Translations under genes and position numbers: made by a program
The notes under the pieces: generated by a model
Database searches by the model: none
The model's input: the letters and a program-made list of their open reading frames with translations, nothing else
Told to the model about the DNA's origin: nothing
Shown here: piece by piece, positions 17,576-26,640 of the stretch
Layout: each line of letters starts with the position of its first letter
Position numbering within the stretch: the stretch's first letter is position 1
Origin: a virus
Taxonomy: Duplodnaviria; Caudoviricetes
Reading direction: 5' to 3' (one strand)
Length of the DNA: 40,382 nt
Virus record (IMG/VR): IMGVR_UViG_3300020598_000104
Span: 1 to 40,382 of that record

Positions 17576-18277
17576 ATGACGCTCCTGTCGGTCGTCCAGA
17601 ACGTCTGCCTTGTCGTCGGCCTTGCAAAGCCGGATCAGGTCGCGGCGTCGACCGACCGCGATATGCTGGAAATGATGCGGGTCGCGAACGAGGTTGCGAT
17701 CCGCATCAGGGACGCCGAATTCGACTGGCAGGCGCTCCAGGCGGAAACGACTCTGACCGGCGACGGCGCGTCCATGGATTTCGATCTGCCGCAAGACTAC
17801 GCCCGCATGCCAACCAAGGCGTCGATGTGGTCGAGCAGGTGGTCGTGGTCTCTGGAGCAGGTGCCCAGCACCGATGCATGGCTCGAACTCCAGGCGGTGC
17901 CGGTGATCGCCGCGACGGGCCAATGGATTATCTACGGCGGCCAGATACATATCCTGCCGGCGATGGCGCAGGCGGAGACGGTCAAGTTCTTCTATATCTC
18001 GAAGAACGCGGTCAAGCCGGCTTCAGGCTCCAACAAGGAGTTCTTCACCGCCGACGATGACGCGTTTCGACTCTCCGAGCGCGCGCTGGAACTTGGCATG
18101 ATCTGGCAATGGCGCAGCCAGAAGGGTCAGATCGGCGACGACGACGAGGACAACTTCAACAGGGCGCTCTACACCGCGATGAACAATGACGGCGGCTCCA
18201 AGCCAGTTGTCAGCGGCAACGGCCGAAAGGGCTTCCGTGACGTCAAGACCGCGTTCCCTTACACGGTGGGCAGCTGA
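17576..18277 (+). CDS. Head-to-tail adaptor (tail tubular A / P22 gp4-like)
   Basis: Size and position; MTLLSVVQ..DWQAL..FDLPQDY motifs. Confidence 0.7.
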   Translation: MTLLSVVQNVCLVVGLAKPDQVAASTDRDMLEMMRVANEVAIRIRDAEFDWQALQAETTLTGDGASMDFDLPQDYARMPTKASMWSSRWSWSLEQVPSTDAWLELQAVPVIAATGQWIIYGGQIHILPAMAQAETVKFFYISKNAVKPASGSNKEFFTADDDAFRLSERALELGMIWQWRSQKGQIGDDDEDNFNRALYTAMNNDGGSKPVVSGNGRKGFRDVKTAFPYTVGS

Positions 18278-19857
18278 TGCCCTTCCAGCCGAAAAAGCAG
18301 CGCCGAAGCGCACCGCAGTTCAAGACGCGGCCCGGCAGCTTCAAGCCACCGGTGCGCGGATGGATCGCGAACGAGCCCCTGGCGGCGTCCAGGCCGGGCG
18401 GTGCACTGATCCTCGACAACTTCTTGCCGACGGCTACAGGCGCTCGCGTGCGCGGCGGCAGCCAAAAGTACGCCACCATATCCGAAGGCCCCGTCACGCG
18501 CATGTGGACTTTCAAGAGCGGCGAGGTTCAGGAGTTTTTTGCCGCCGACGCGAACAACATCTTCAACATCACCGCGGTCGCTGATCGAGACACCATCCCG
18601 ACGGCCGACGTGACGGGCCAGACGTCCGGATATTATTCGACCGCGCAGTTCGGGACGGCGGGCGGCAATTACCTGTCCGTGGTGAACGGAACCGATATGC
18701 CGAAGCTCTATGACGCTTCGACATGGGCGGATCATGCATTTACCGGCCTCGGTTCACCCGAGGAGTTATCCTTCGTCTGGTCCTTTGCGAACCGCCTGTG
18801 GTACGTGCGCAAAAACACCATGTCGGCCTATTACCTGCCGGTCGATTCCATCAACGGTGCGCTGACCGAGTTCAGTCTGGCGGGGATTTTCCAGGAAGGT
18901 GGCTCGCTTCTGTTCGGGGGCAAGTGGTCGCTCGATTCCGGCGATGGCCTCGACGACAAGTGCGTCTTCGTCTCGACCGAGGGCGAGGTTGCTGTCTATC
19001 AGGGATCAGACCCGAGTGACGCTAACTCCTGGCAGAAGGTCGGCGTCTACAAGATCACCGAGCCGATGGGGCCGAATGCCACCATGTCGGCCGGTGGCGA
19101 CCTCTTGATCGGGGTGCGCGAAGGCATCGTTCCAATATCGGAGGCGGTCAACAAGGACGCTGCGGCTCTCGATCTCGCAGCGGTGACGCGGAACATTGGT
19201 CCTGCATGGAAAAAGGAGGTCCGGATCCGCACCACGTTACCGTGGGAGATCATGAAGTGGCCGTCCATGAACATGATGGTGGTGTCGCTCCCGGTGCCCG
19301 ACGATGGCATCTTGCCAGTGTGCTATGTCGCCAACCTCGAAACAGGGGCGTGGGGCCGATATACGGGATGGGAGACGCAGTGCCTCGCCCTTTTCGGCGA
19401 TAACGGCTATTTCGGGCGCCGTGACGGTACGATCCATCAAATGGAAATAGGCGGTTCCGACAACGGCGATCCGTATGTCTGCACCTATGTCGGCCTGCCG
19501 GATACGCTGAAGATGCCGGGGCAGTTCAAGACCGTCCAGTCTGCGCGCGCCGTCTTCCTCTCTGACGTTCCGTTCATTCCGAAAATCTCAGTATCGGTGA
19601 ACTACAAGGTCACGCTTCCGACCGCGCCCCCATCCGTGGCGAACTTCTCGGTCGACACATGGGATACGGGGCTTTGGGACGTGGCCCGGTGGGATGGTGC
19701 CGGCGAACTGACGGTGACGACGAAATGGGTTTCAATTGGCCGCTCCGGCGAGGCCTTCATGCCTCAGGTGCAGGTGACGATGGGCGTGTCGCCGACGCCG
19801 ACGACGGAACTCGTCACGTTCGACGTTCTCTTCGAGCCCGGGGGCTTCATGGTATGA
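18277..19857 (+). CDS. Tail nozzle / DNA stabilisation protein (P22 gp10-like)
   Basis: 526 aa, beta-rich; LDNFLP..RGG N-term; WDTGLWDVARW C-terminal repeat. Confidence 0.75.
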   Translation: MPFQPKKQRRSAPQFKTRPGSFKPPVRGWIANEPLAASRPGGALILDNFLPTATGARVRGGSQKYATISEGPVTRMWTFKSGEVQEFFAADANNIFNITAVADRDTIPTADVTGQTSGYYSTAQFGTAGGNYLSVVNGTDMPKLYDASTWADHAFTGLGSPEELSFVWSFANRLWYVRKNTMSAYYLPVDSINGALTEFSLAGIFQEGGSLLFGGKWSLDSGDGLDDKCVFVSTEGEVAVYQGSDPSDANSWQKVGVYKITEPMGPNATMSAGGDLLIGVREGIVPISEAVNKDAAALDLAAVTRNIGPAWKKEVRIRTTLPWEIMKWPSMNMMVVSLPVPDDGILPVCYVANLETGAWGRYTGWETQCLALFGDNGYFGRRDGTIHQMEIGGSDNGDPYVCTYVGLPDTLKMPGQFKTVQSARAVFLSDVPFIPKISVSVNYKVTLPTAPPSVANFSVDTWDTGLWDVARWDGAGELTVTTKWVSIGRSGEAFMPQVQVTMGVSPTPTTELVTFDVLFEPGGFMV

Positions 19858-20312
19858 TCACATGGGCCATCGCAGGGCCAGCAGACCGGCCGCACCTTGC
19901 AAAGTGGGTGGCCGATCTGATCTGGCCGAACAAGCGCAGGGATTTCGGCAAATGCCAGGCGCTCGCAGTCATCGATGGCGACACGCTGATCGCCGGCATG
20001 ATCTATCACAACTGGGAGCCCGACGCCGGGGTGATCGAGATTTCCGGCGCCGGCACGGACAAGCGCTGGCTGACCCGTGAGACCCTACGCGTAATGTTCT
20101 CGATCCCCTTCAAGGAATGGGACTGCCAGGCCGTTGTAATGCGGGTTTCCGACCGTGACGGGGCTCTTCACCGCATGCTGACGGCCTATGGTTTCCAGAG
20201 ATACCGCATTCCACGCCTGCGCGGCCGGGATGAAGCGGAAAACGTCTTCGTCCTGACGGATGAAGCTTGGCGGTCCAACAAGTTCAATCGGCCCAGATCT
20301 TCCCAAGCTTGA
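19854..20312 (+). CDS. GNAT-fold virion assembly protein
   Basis: LIAGMIYHNW..IEISGAG..RWLTR..F..PF..GF..L motif; ATGA overlap with nozzle gene; GNAT at this position is typical of podoviruses. Confidence 0.8.
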   Translation: MITWAIAGPADRPHLAKWVADLIWPNKRRDFGKCQALAVIDGDTLIAGMIYHNWEPDAGVIEISGAGTDKRWLTRETLRVMFSIPFKEWDCQAVVMRVSDRDGALHRMLTAYGFQRYRIPRLRGRDEAENVFVLTDEAWRSNKFNRPRSSQA

Positions 20313-20991
20313 TGTCGGAGATCGTGGCTTTGTGAATACCGAATTCGACAGCAAGGTCTTTGCCCATCTCTCCAGCGGCGAGCCTGCGGCGGATCTTGGT
20401 CGCTGTCTCTTGTGTGATTTTGGAGGCTGATTTCTGACTGACCTTTGCGCGAGCTTTCAGTTCAGCAAGGGATGGCGCTCCGTTTACCCCTAGCAAGTGC
20501 TTCCATGATTTGCCGCTAGTGATGTCTGAAACGGAGACTGGAGATAGACCGAAACGAGGCCCGATGTCCTCGCGCTTTTCTCCCGCGATGTAGGCTCGTC
20601 GGATTTCAATCACCTGCTCGTCGGTGAGCTTGGCAATTGGATTTTCTGCGCCGCGCTTAACCTTCTCTGGTTGCCGATGGCGCCAATGATCTTGCCCGTA
20701 GTGAACAGGTGGCTTTGCGCCGCGGCCTTTCGCTTTCATATCGGCCATGTTCTCCGCGTGGGAGCCTAGCCATAGGTGGTCAGGGTTAATGCAAGCCGGG
20801 TTGTCGCACTTGTGGCAGACGCTCGCCCCTTCTGGGATGGGGCCAATTGATAATTCATATGAGACGCGGTGAGCGCTGAAAGTTCGGTTCATGGCATTCA
20901 CGACGCCATATCCCTTGTTCGTGGCCCTGGTCCAGTTCCAGCAACCGTTCTGGTCGACTTCGTAGAAATTGTAGATGTCGGTGATCTTCAT
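20284..20991 (-). CDS. HNH homing endonuclease with two C-terminal HTH repeats
   Basis: CWNWT..GYG..AHRVSYEL..GPIP..VCHKCDNPACINPDHL..EN; repeats AKLTDEQVIEIRR and SKITQETATKIRR. Confidence 0.92.
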   Translation of the reverse strand: MKITDIYNFYEVDQNGCWNWTRATNKGYGVVNAMNRTFSAHRVSYELSIGPIPEGASVCHKCDNPACINPDHLWLGSHAENMADMKAKGRGAKPPVHYGQDHWRHRQPEKVKRGAENPIAKLTDEQVIEIRRAYIAGEKREDIGPRFGLSPVSVSDITSGKSWKHLLGVNGAPSLAELKARAKVSQKSASKITQETATKIRRRLAAGEMGKDLAVEFGIHKATISDIKLGKIWAD

Positions 20992-21044
20992 TCCGGCAAT
21001 CTATCAAATTTATCGTGTACATACAAGCACGAAAGGATAGAATT

Positions 21045-22073
21045 GTGGGAAAACCAAAGTCTCCGGCTCCGCCGGACCCAAAAGAGACGGCTGCCGCACA
21101 AACTGGGACAAATGTCGCGACCGCTCTCTCGAACGCCCAGTTGCAAAACGTCAACCAGTATGGGCCTGACGGTAGCGTCACCTATACGACGAACGGTGGC
21201 CGGACCTTCACCGATCCGACCAGCGGCGTCAGCTATTTCATTCCGCAGTACGAGCAGCACACGACGCTTTCCGACGCGCAACAGGCGATCAAGAACCAGT
21301 CGGACGCAGCAAGTCTTAACCTCGGGACCATCGCGAACGAGCAGACGGCTTTCCTGCGCAACTACCTCAACAAGCCGGTGGACCTCAGCAACGAGGCGAC
21401 TGAAGCACACCTTTTCGAACTTGGTCGCCAGCGCCTCGATCCGGTTATCGCTCAACGCGACGAGGCTCTTCGCACGCGCCTTGCCAATCAGGGCATCAAA
21501 GCCGGGTCTGAAGCGTTTGACCGGGAAATGCGCAACTTCGACCAGGGCACGAACGACGCGTACACATCGCTGCTGCTGAACGGTCGGCAGCAGGCCGTGC
21601 AGGAAGCCCTCACGGCCCGAAATCAGCCCCTCAACGAGATCGGTGCGCTCATGTCCGGCTCGCAGGTGCAGATGCCGACGTTCGGGGCCGGGACGAACCA
21701 GCCGAGCCTGCCGACGGTCGATTATGCCGGCCTAGTCAACGAGAACTACAATCAGCGCCTCGGCGCCTATAACCAGCAGGTGGCGGCGCGCAACAACGTC
21801 CTCGGCGGACTCTTCGGCCTCGGCGCTTCAATGATCACCGCATCGGATCGCCGAGTGAAGAGAGACGTCAGGAAGGCCGGACGGCTGATGGGCCACAACG
21901 TCTATGAGTACAGCTACCGCGGCAAGTTCGACGACGGCAAGCGCCATGTCGGCGTGATGGCGCAGGAGGTCGAGAAGAAGCGGCCCGATGCCGTTGTCAC
22001 CGGCGACGACGGCGTCAAGCGCGTCCACTACGGCAGGCTGTTTGCGATGGGGAAGGACATGGCGGCGGCTTAA
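21045..22073 (+). CDS. Ejection/DNA-transfer protein with C-terminal Peptidase_S74 (intramolecular chaperone) domain
   Basis: GKPKSPAPPDP N-term, Q/N-rich body, GGLFGLG, then SDRRVKRD..GVMAQEV..PDAV..VHY; AAAGGA RBS with GTG start. Confidence 0.8.
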   Translation: MGKPKSPAPPDPKETAAAQTGTNVATALSNAQLQNVNQYGPDGSVTYTTNGGRTFTDPTSGVSYFIPQYEQHTTLSDAQQAIKNQSDAASLNLGTIANEQTAFLRNYLNKPVDLSNEATEAHLFELGRQRLDPVIAQRDEALRTRLANQGIKAGSEAFDREMRNFDQGTNDAYTSLLLNGRQQAVQEALTARNQPLNEIGALMSGSQVQMPTFGAGTNQPSLPTVDYAGLVNENYNQRLGAYNQQVAARNNVLGGLFGLGASMITASDRRVKRDVRKAGRLMGHNVYEYSYRGKFDDGKRHVGVMAQEVEKKRPDAVVTGDDGVKRVHYGRLFAMGKDMAAA

Positions 22074-22107
22074 GCCATTGCTGGCAAACCAGTCCTTTAG
22101 AATACGG

Positions 22108-22323
22108 CTACTTTTTCTGTGAGAACTTGGCTTGGGTTGTCTCGTTCAATACACGCGCGAGGAGGCGGCGGATCGCTTCCGGACGGGAAGGTAGGTCAGA
22201 CTCTCCGCGCCGAAAGTGGTCGATTTGGTCTATGGTGTCGCGAGACAGCCGAAGTGTGACCGCCTCGGTATCCACCGAGGGGCGGCCGATTTTTGACTTT
22301 TTAGTGTTATCTATTGACGTCAT
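22108..22323 (-). CDS. Ribbon-helix-helix (CopG/Arc-like) repressor, probably leaderless
   Basis: GRPSVDTEAVTLRL..IDQID..R..PSRPEAIRRLL. Confidence 0.85.
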   Translation of the reverse strand: MTSIDNTKKSKIGRPSVDTEAVTLRLSRDTIDQIDHFRRGESDLPSRPEAIRRLLARVLNETTQAKFSQKK

Positions 22324-22358
22324 GACTTTATGATGTCATAAACAATTCGGCCGCGCAA
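22314..22358. promoter_or_regulatory. Overlapping opposing promoters and operator array of cassette 1
   Basis: + strand TTGACG-N17-CATAAA; - strand TTGCGC-N17-CATCAT ending 6 nt before the ATG; tandem 8-mers TGACGTCA/TGACTTTA/TGATGTCA at 22315-22338. Confidence 0.65.
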
Positions 22359-22413
22359 GGTGGTGAGACACCGGACGCGGCCTAACCGAAACCCGATCAT
22401 AGGGAGATCAGGT

Positions 22414-22659
22414 ATGGCTACCCCGCGTAGTACCATGAGCGCTGGCGCTCGTCCAATTCATACGACCATCGTGAAGGCCGCTCTCTCTGCCGCTGCCGCT
22501 GAAGCCGAAGTTCGCGCCGCCGCGGAATATCTCGCCGAGGTCATGCAGCGCATCCACGGCGGTGAATGGCGGATCGACATCGACCATGAAGTTCGGTTCA
22601 TCATGATCCGTGATCTTCGCGATGATCGCCGCGTCACCCCGAAGCCGGAGATCGTGTGA
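22414..22659 (+). CDS. Hypothetical protein of antirepressor cassette 1
   Basis: GGGAG RBS; LAEVMQRIHGGEWRIDIDH; GTGA overlap with next gene. Confidence 0.7.
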   Translation: MATPRSTMSAGARPIHTTIVKAALSAAAAEAEVRAAAEYLAEVMQRIHGGEWRIDIDHEVRFIMIRDLRDDRRVTPKPEIV

Positions 22660-22973
22660 TGGACCGGCGCACTGTCTTGAAAGGTGGCCTCGTTCTCGCC
22701 GCCACTGCACACACCGCCGTAGCCTCCGGCGATCTGCGGCCGACCAGTCCCCAGGACCGTATTGCCGCGGCCATGAAGGAAATCGAAGCTGCGATGCAGG
22801 AAATGCATCCCGGCTGGAGGATTCAAGTGAAAGACGACGTGGTTTGCCCACTCAAATATGTGCTGGGTGGCCCCGACGAAAAACAGGCGCCTCACCGTCA
22901 TGCCGTCGCGATCTACGCAACGGCGGAAACCATCGGACGCGAGGAGTTCCGCTGGTTTGTGGATTACGTCTGA
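22656..22973 (+). CDS. Protein with twin-arginine-like N-terminus
   Basis: MMDRRTVLKGGLVLAATAHTAVA. Confidence 0.7.
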   Translation: MMDRRTVLKGGLVLAATAHTAVASGDLRPTSPQDRIAAAMKEIEAAMQEMHPGWRIQVKDDVVCPLKYVLGGPDEKQAPHRHAVAIYATAETIGREEFRWFVDYV

Positions 22974-23128
22974 CTGAATGGTTAACGGAAATTAAGAATT
23001 AGGCGGCAATGTCGCCTGATCCGCGACGGCGGGGTTCTGGCCTCGTAACCGGCCCCGCTGTCGCGTCCACCGGCCATCGTTTCCGCGATGGCTAGCTCCA
23101 CTGCCTAACCTCGGAAAGGACATAGGCA

Positions 23129-23920
23129 ATGACGCATGCACAGATGACACCGATGAATGCCGAGCGCAATCCCGTCGTCTTCACGAAGGACGGCGAGGTC
23201 TTCGCCAATAGCCGCGATGTCGGGGCTTTCTTCGACAAGCGGCACGACAATGTCATGCAGACAATCGACGGCCTGATCCAGCAGGAGCCGAAATTGCGTC
23301 TCCTGAATTTTAAGGAGACGGTCAGCGAGCGCCCGAACCCGAGCGGCGGTGCGCCGATCCGGTCCCGTTCCTATGATATGGACCGCGACGGCTTCACCCT
23401 TCTCGCCATGGGCTTCACCGGCGGCAAGGCCCTGAAATGGAAGCTCCGCTATATCGAAGCCTTCAACGCCATGGAGGCCGAGCTTCGCCGGATCGCCAAC
23501 AGCGGCCCGACCGTCGATCTCAACGACCCCGGCGCACTTCGCGGCCTTCTGCTCACCTACAGCGAAAAGGCGCTGGAACTGGAAAAGCAGGTCAAGGAGC
23601 TTCTACCCTCGCAGGAGGCGTTGCAGCGGCTTTCGGAAGCTGACGGTTCGCTCTGCATCACCGACGCCGCCAAGGCGCTCCAGATGCGCCCGAGCGATCT
23701 TTTCAACTGGCTTCGCCAGAATGGCTGGATTTACAAGCGGGTAGGGGCGTCTCACGACCTCGGCTATTCGTCCAAGACGCAATCCGGCCTTCTGGAACAC
23801 AAGGTAACGACGGTTCTCCGCGCCGATGGCTCCGAAAAGGTCACGGAGCAGGTTCGTGTGACGGCCAAGGGCCTGACGAAGCTGGCGCAGTTGATCAAGC
23901 CGGCGCTGGTCGAGGCATAG
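23129..23920 (+). CDS. Rha-family regulator fused to ANT/KilAC antirepressor domain
   Basis: ANSRDVGAFFDKRHDNV..MDRDGFTLLAMGFTG.KALKWKLRYIEAFNAME; CITDAAKAL..LFNWL..GWIY..VTAKGL. Confidence 0.92.
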   Translation: MTHAQMTPMNAERNPVVFTKDGEVFANSRDVGAFFDKRHDNVMQTIDGLIQQEPKLRLLNFKETVSERPNPSGGAPIRSRSYDMDRDGFTLLAMGFTGGKALKWKLRYIEAFNAMEAELRRIANSGPTVDLNDPGALRGLLLTYSEKALELEKQVKELLPSQEALQRLSEADGSLCITDAAKALQMRPSDLFNWLRQNGWIYKRVGASHDLGYSSKTQSGLLEHKVTTVLRADGSEKVTEQVRVTAKGLTKLAQLIKPALVEA

Positions 23921-23945
23921 CCATTGCCACCACGACAAGACCTAC

Positions 23946-23970
23946 GGGCGCTCTTCGGGGCGCCTTTTTC
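23946..23970 (+). terminator. Intrinsic terminator closing cassette 1
   Basis: GGCGCTC-TTCG-GGGCGCC followed by TTTTT. Confidence 0.8.
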
Positions 23971-23987
23971 TATTCAAAGGGTATCCG

Positions 23988-24239
23988 ATGGAAAGTTTTC
24001 TGATCCCGTCCAACGAAACGCCGGAACAGGCAGCGGCGCGCAAAAAGCGTGCCGTCGTCTCCGCCCTCATGTCGCCTCCGCAGTCCGTCGGAGAGGGGTT
24101 GACGGCGATGGGCGATGCACTGGCCTACCGCATGCAAAAGCGGAACGCGGCCTTCCCGACTGCGCCGGGCGGTGAGCGCCCCAGCTTCATGACGGCGATG
24201 AAAAACATGTTCGGCGGCCGCAAGGGAGGCCTTTACTGA
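23988..24239 (+). CDS. Small ejection-module protein, paralogous to the N-terminus of the next gene
   Basis: Sequence similarity to the 24239 protein; TGATG overlap. Confidence 0.7.
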   Translation: MESFLIPSNETPEQAAARKKRAVVSALMSPPQSVGEGLTAMGDALAYRMQKRNAAFPTAPGGERPSFMTAMKNMFGGRKGGLY

Positions 24240-26338
24240 TGGTTGGATTCCTTTTCGGCGGCGATACTCAGGAAACGGCCGAAAGCCTGAAGCGCAAGCG
24301 TGCCATCGCTGCAGCGCTCATGGAGAACGCCGTCAATGACGTGCCGCAGAATATCGGTGAAGGCCTTTCGGCCGTCGGCCAGGCGCTTGCCGGTCGGATA
24401 CTGACGAACCGCCTCGAAAAAAAGGAAAAGGAGGGGCGCGCCGCGGCGACCGGCCTGTTCAACAAGGCCATTGCGGGTTTCGGCGGCGGTGACGCGGCCA
24501 CCGAAGGCACTGTCCCGATGACGGATGCCGCCGACGAGGCGGCGCGTACAGCGCCGGGCGGTTCGTCTGTCGACCTATCGGGGGACCGGCAATCCTTCAT
24601 CGCTGGCTTACTCCCTGCCGCCATGGAAGAGAGCAAGCGAACGGGTGTCGATCCCCGCATCATCGTCGCCCAAGCGGCGCAGGAGACGGGATGGGGCAAG
24701 AGCGCACCGGGCAACAACTTCTTCGGCATCAAGAGCCACGGCAAGGGTGGCGGCAACAGCATGATGACGACGGAGGTAATCGACGGCAAGCCGGTGCGCG
24801 TCCGCGACAGTTTCCGCGCCTATAGCAGTCCGGCGGATAGCGTGCGGGGATACGGCGACTTCATCCTCGCTAATCCTCGCTATTCCGATTTCCGAAGCGC
24901 TCAGGGCCTCGATGCGCAGCTCGCCGCGCTTCAGGCGTCCGGGTATGCGACCGACCCGAACTATTCGCGCAGCGTGGGGGCAATCGCCCGCGGCATCCAA
25001 TTGCCGCAGGACGTGGCCGCTGCCACGCCCGAAGCTGCGTTCAGCGCGGTCATGCCTGAACTTGGCGGCGCGACTATCGATGATCCCATGCTGGTCTACG
25101 ATGACAAGGGCGCTCGGATGGAGCCTGCGAGCTATGCCCGGACGGAGCGGCAGAACCCGTATTCGGGGCCGGGCGCGTCCATCGATACCTCGGGTTCCAC
25201 CCAGGCCGGCGGCGCGCAGCCCTCGGCCGTAGTGCAGGCCCTCGCCAACACGGATATCCCTGCGGAGTTTCAGCAGTCGGCACAGTTGCGCAACGCGATG
25301 GGCAACGGGCGCGGCGTCATCCAGGCGCTGTTGGAGGGAACGCCGGCAACCGACGCTCAGCTCGGTCAAGCCCGGGTGCGCGGAAATGCTGTTCACCAGG
25401 CGCTCGCCTCTCCGGTGCGCGCAGACAACGGCCTCGGTATCGACCCGGCAGTCGTAGATCTTCTCGACAATCCCTACGCCTCCGACGGTCAGCGGGCCAT
25501 GCTTCAAACGTTCATCTCCGACAAGCTGGCGGAACGGAAGGTGCGCCGCGAGGCTGAGCTTAAGCGCGCCGACCCGAACTATGTTCTTCAAGGCGAAAAG
25601 GCTCGGTTGGAGTTGGACAACCTGCGCAACCCCCTTCGGGAATTGGATATGCGGGCGCAGCGAGCCGGCCTCGTCCCCGGTTCCAAAGAGTACAATGAGT
25701 TCATGTTGAGAGACGGCAAGGGGCCGCTCGTCAGCGTCAACACTGGTAGCAATTCGTCGAAATTTGTCGAGAAGAGCGATGAAGCGGCGGCCGGGCGCAT
25801 GAATGACATCGTTCTGGCCGGCCAGAGCGCGCCGCAGACCATGGCCGACATGCAGCAGCTGCTTGATCTCGGTGCACATATCGGGACCGGGCCAGGCGCG
25901 CAGATCAAGGCCGCCTTAGGCCCATATGCGCAGCAGCTCGGCATCGATATCGCGAATATGCCAGAAATACAGGCTTATGAAGCGATCACTGCGCGGTTGG
26001 CGCCGCAGATGCGCGCCGTGGGGTCCGGGTCGTCTTCTGACCGCGACGTTGCGCTTTTCTTCCAGAGCCTGCCGAATCTTCGCAACACTCAAGGCGGCAA
26101 TGAGATCATCGCGAACACGATGCAAGCTGTCGCCCAGAACAAGATAAATGCCGCGGAGATTGCCCGTCGTGCCCAGCGGGGCGAAATTTCTTGGCAAGAT
26201 GCCGACAAGCAGATTTCGGAGCTTCCGAACCCGTATGACCTGTTCAGGCAGTTCCAGGCCAAGGGAACACCGTCAGCAGAAGGCGGCGGGCCGGCAAAGC
26301 GCCTGAAATTCAACCCGGCATCTGGCGAACTGGAATGA
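24239..26338 (+). CDS. Ejection protein with GH73 glucosaminidase (FlgJ-like) peptidoglycan hydrolase domain
   Basis: IIVAQAAQETGWG..NNFFGIK..FRAYSS..S..Y..F..NPRY..GYATDPNY. Confidence 0.88.
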   Translation: MVGFLFGGDTQETAESLKRKRAIAAALMENAVNDVPQNIGEGLSAVGQALAGRILTNRLEKKEKEGRAAATGLFNKAIAGFGGGDAATEGTVPMTDAADEAARTAPGGSSVDLSGDRQSFIAGLLPAAMEESKRTGVDPRIIVAQAAQETGWGKSAPGNNFFGIKSHGKGGGNSMMTTEVIDGKPVRVRDSFRAYSSPADSVRGYGDFILANPRYSDFRSAQGLDAQLAALQASGYATDPNYSRSVGAIARGIQLPQDVAAATPEAAFSAVMPELGGATIDDPMLVYDDKGARMEPASYARTERQNPYSGPGASIDTSGSTQAGGAQPSAVVQALANTDIPAEFQQSAQLRNAMGNGRGVIQALLEGTPATDAQLGQARVRGNAVHQALASPVRADNGLGIDPAVVDLLDNPYASDGQRAMLQTFISDKLAERKVRREAELKRADPNYVLQGEKARLELDNLRNPLRELDMRAQRAGLVPGSKEYNEFMLRDGKGPLVSVNTGSNSSKFVEKSDEAAAGRMNDIVLAGQSAPQTMADMQQLLDLGAHIGTGPGAQIKAALGPYAQQLGIDIANMPEIQAYEAITARLAPQMRAVGSGSSSDRDVALFFQSLPNLRNTQGGNEIIANTMQAVAQNKINAAEIARRAQRGEISWQDADKQISELPNPYDLFRQFQAKGTPSAEGGGPAKRLKFNPASGELE

Positions 26339-26388
26339 TGGACACGAGCATGAGACGCGACTCTTTGAACACCATGGGGCTTTTCGTT

Positions 26389-26640
26389 CTAGCCCTTAAC
26401 TGCCACCCGGATATGCTCGATCGCTTTAAGCGTCTCGGTGAAGTGCCTGGCGCGTTCTCCGGCCTCGATGCTGAGGCGCTCGCATGCGTTCGCCGCTGCG
26501 TCGATGCCGGAGATGATAGGCACGGCCAAAGCCGGATTTTCGGCGAGCTTGGCTAAGATGCCAGCAAGGATTTGCTGATGCGCCATAAGATCGCCTCTCA
26601 TCTGCAAAAGCAGCGCTTCAATTCTATCGTCGTCCATCAT
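26389..26640 (-). CDS. Hypothetical moron protein inserted between ejection genes
   Basis: GGAGGGG RBS; opposite strand to the late operon. Confidence 0.65.
   Translation of the reverse strand: MMDDDRIEALLLQMRGDLMAHQQILAGILAKLAENPALAVPIISGIDAAANACERLSIEAGERARHFTETLKAIEHIRVAVKG

Noticed and set aside
19659-19853. Upstream extension of the GNAT ORF
   Set aside because: Lies within the nozzle gene; the ATGA-coupled start at 19854 is more plausible.
22982-22995. Possible CtrA box TTAA..TTAA upstream of antirepressor 1
   Set aside because: Spacer is 6 nt rather than the canonical 7.
26335-26556. Plus-strand 73-aa ORF coupled to the ejection gene stop
   Set aside because: Overlaps the minus-strand ORF that has a strong GGAGGGG RBS; probably a relic of the split ATGA junction, though not fully excluded.
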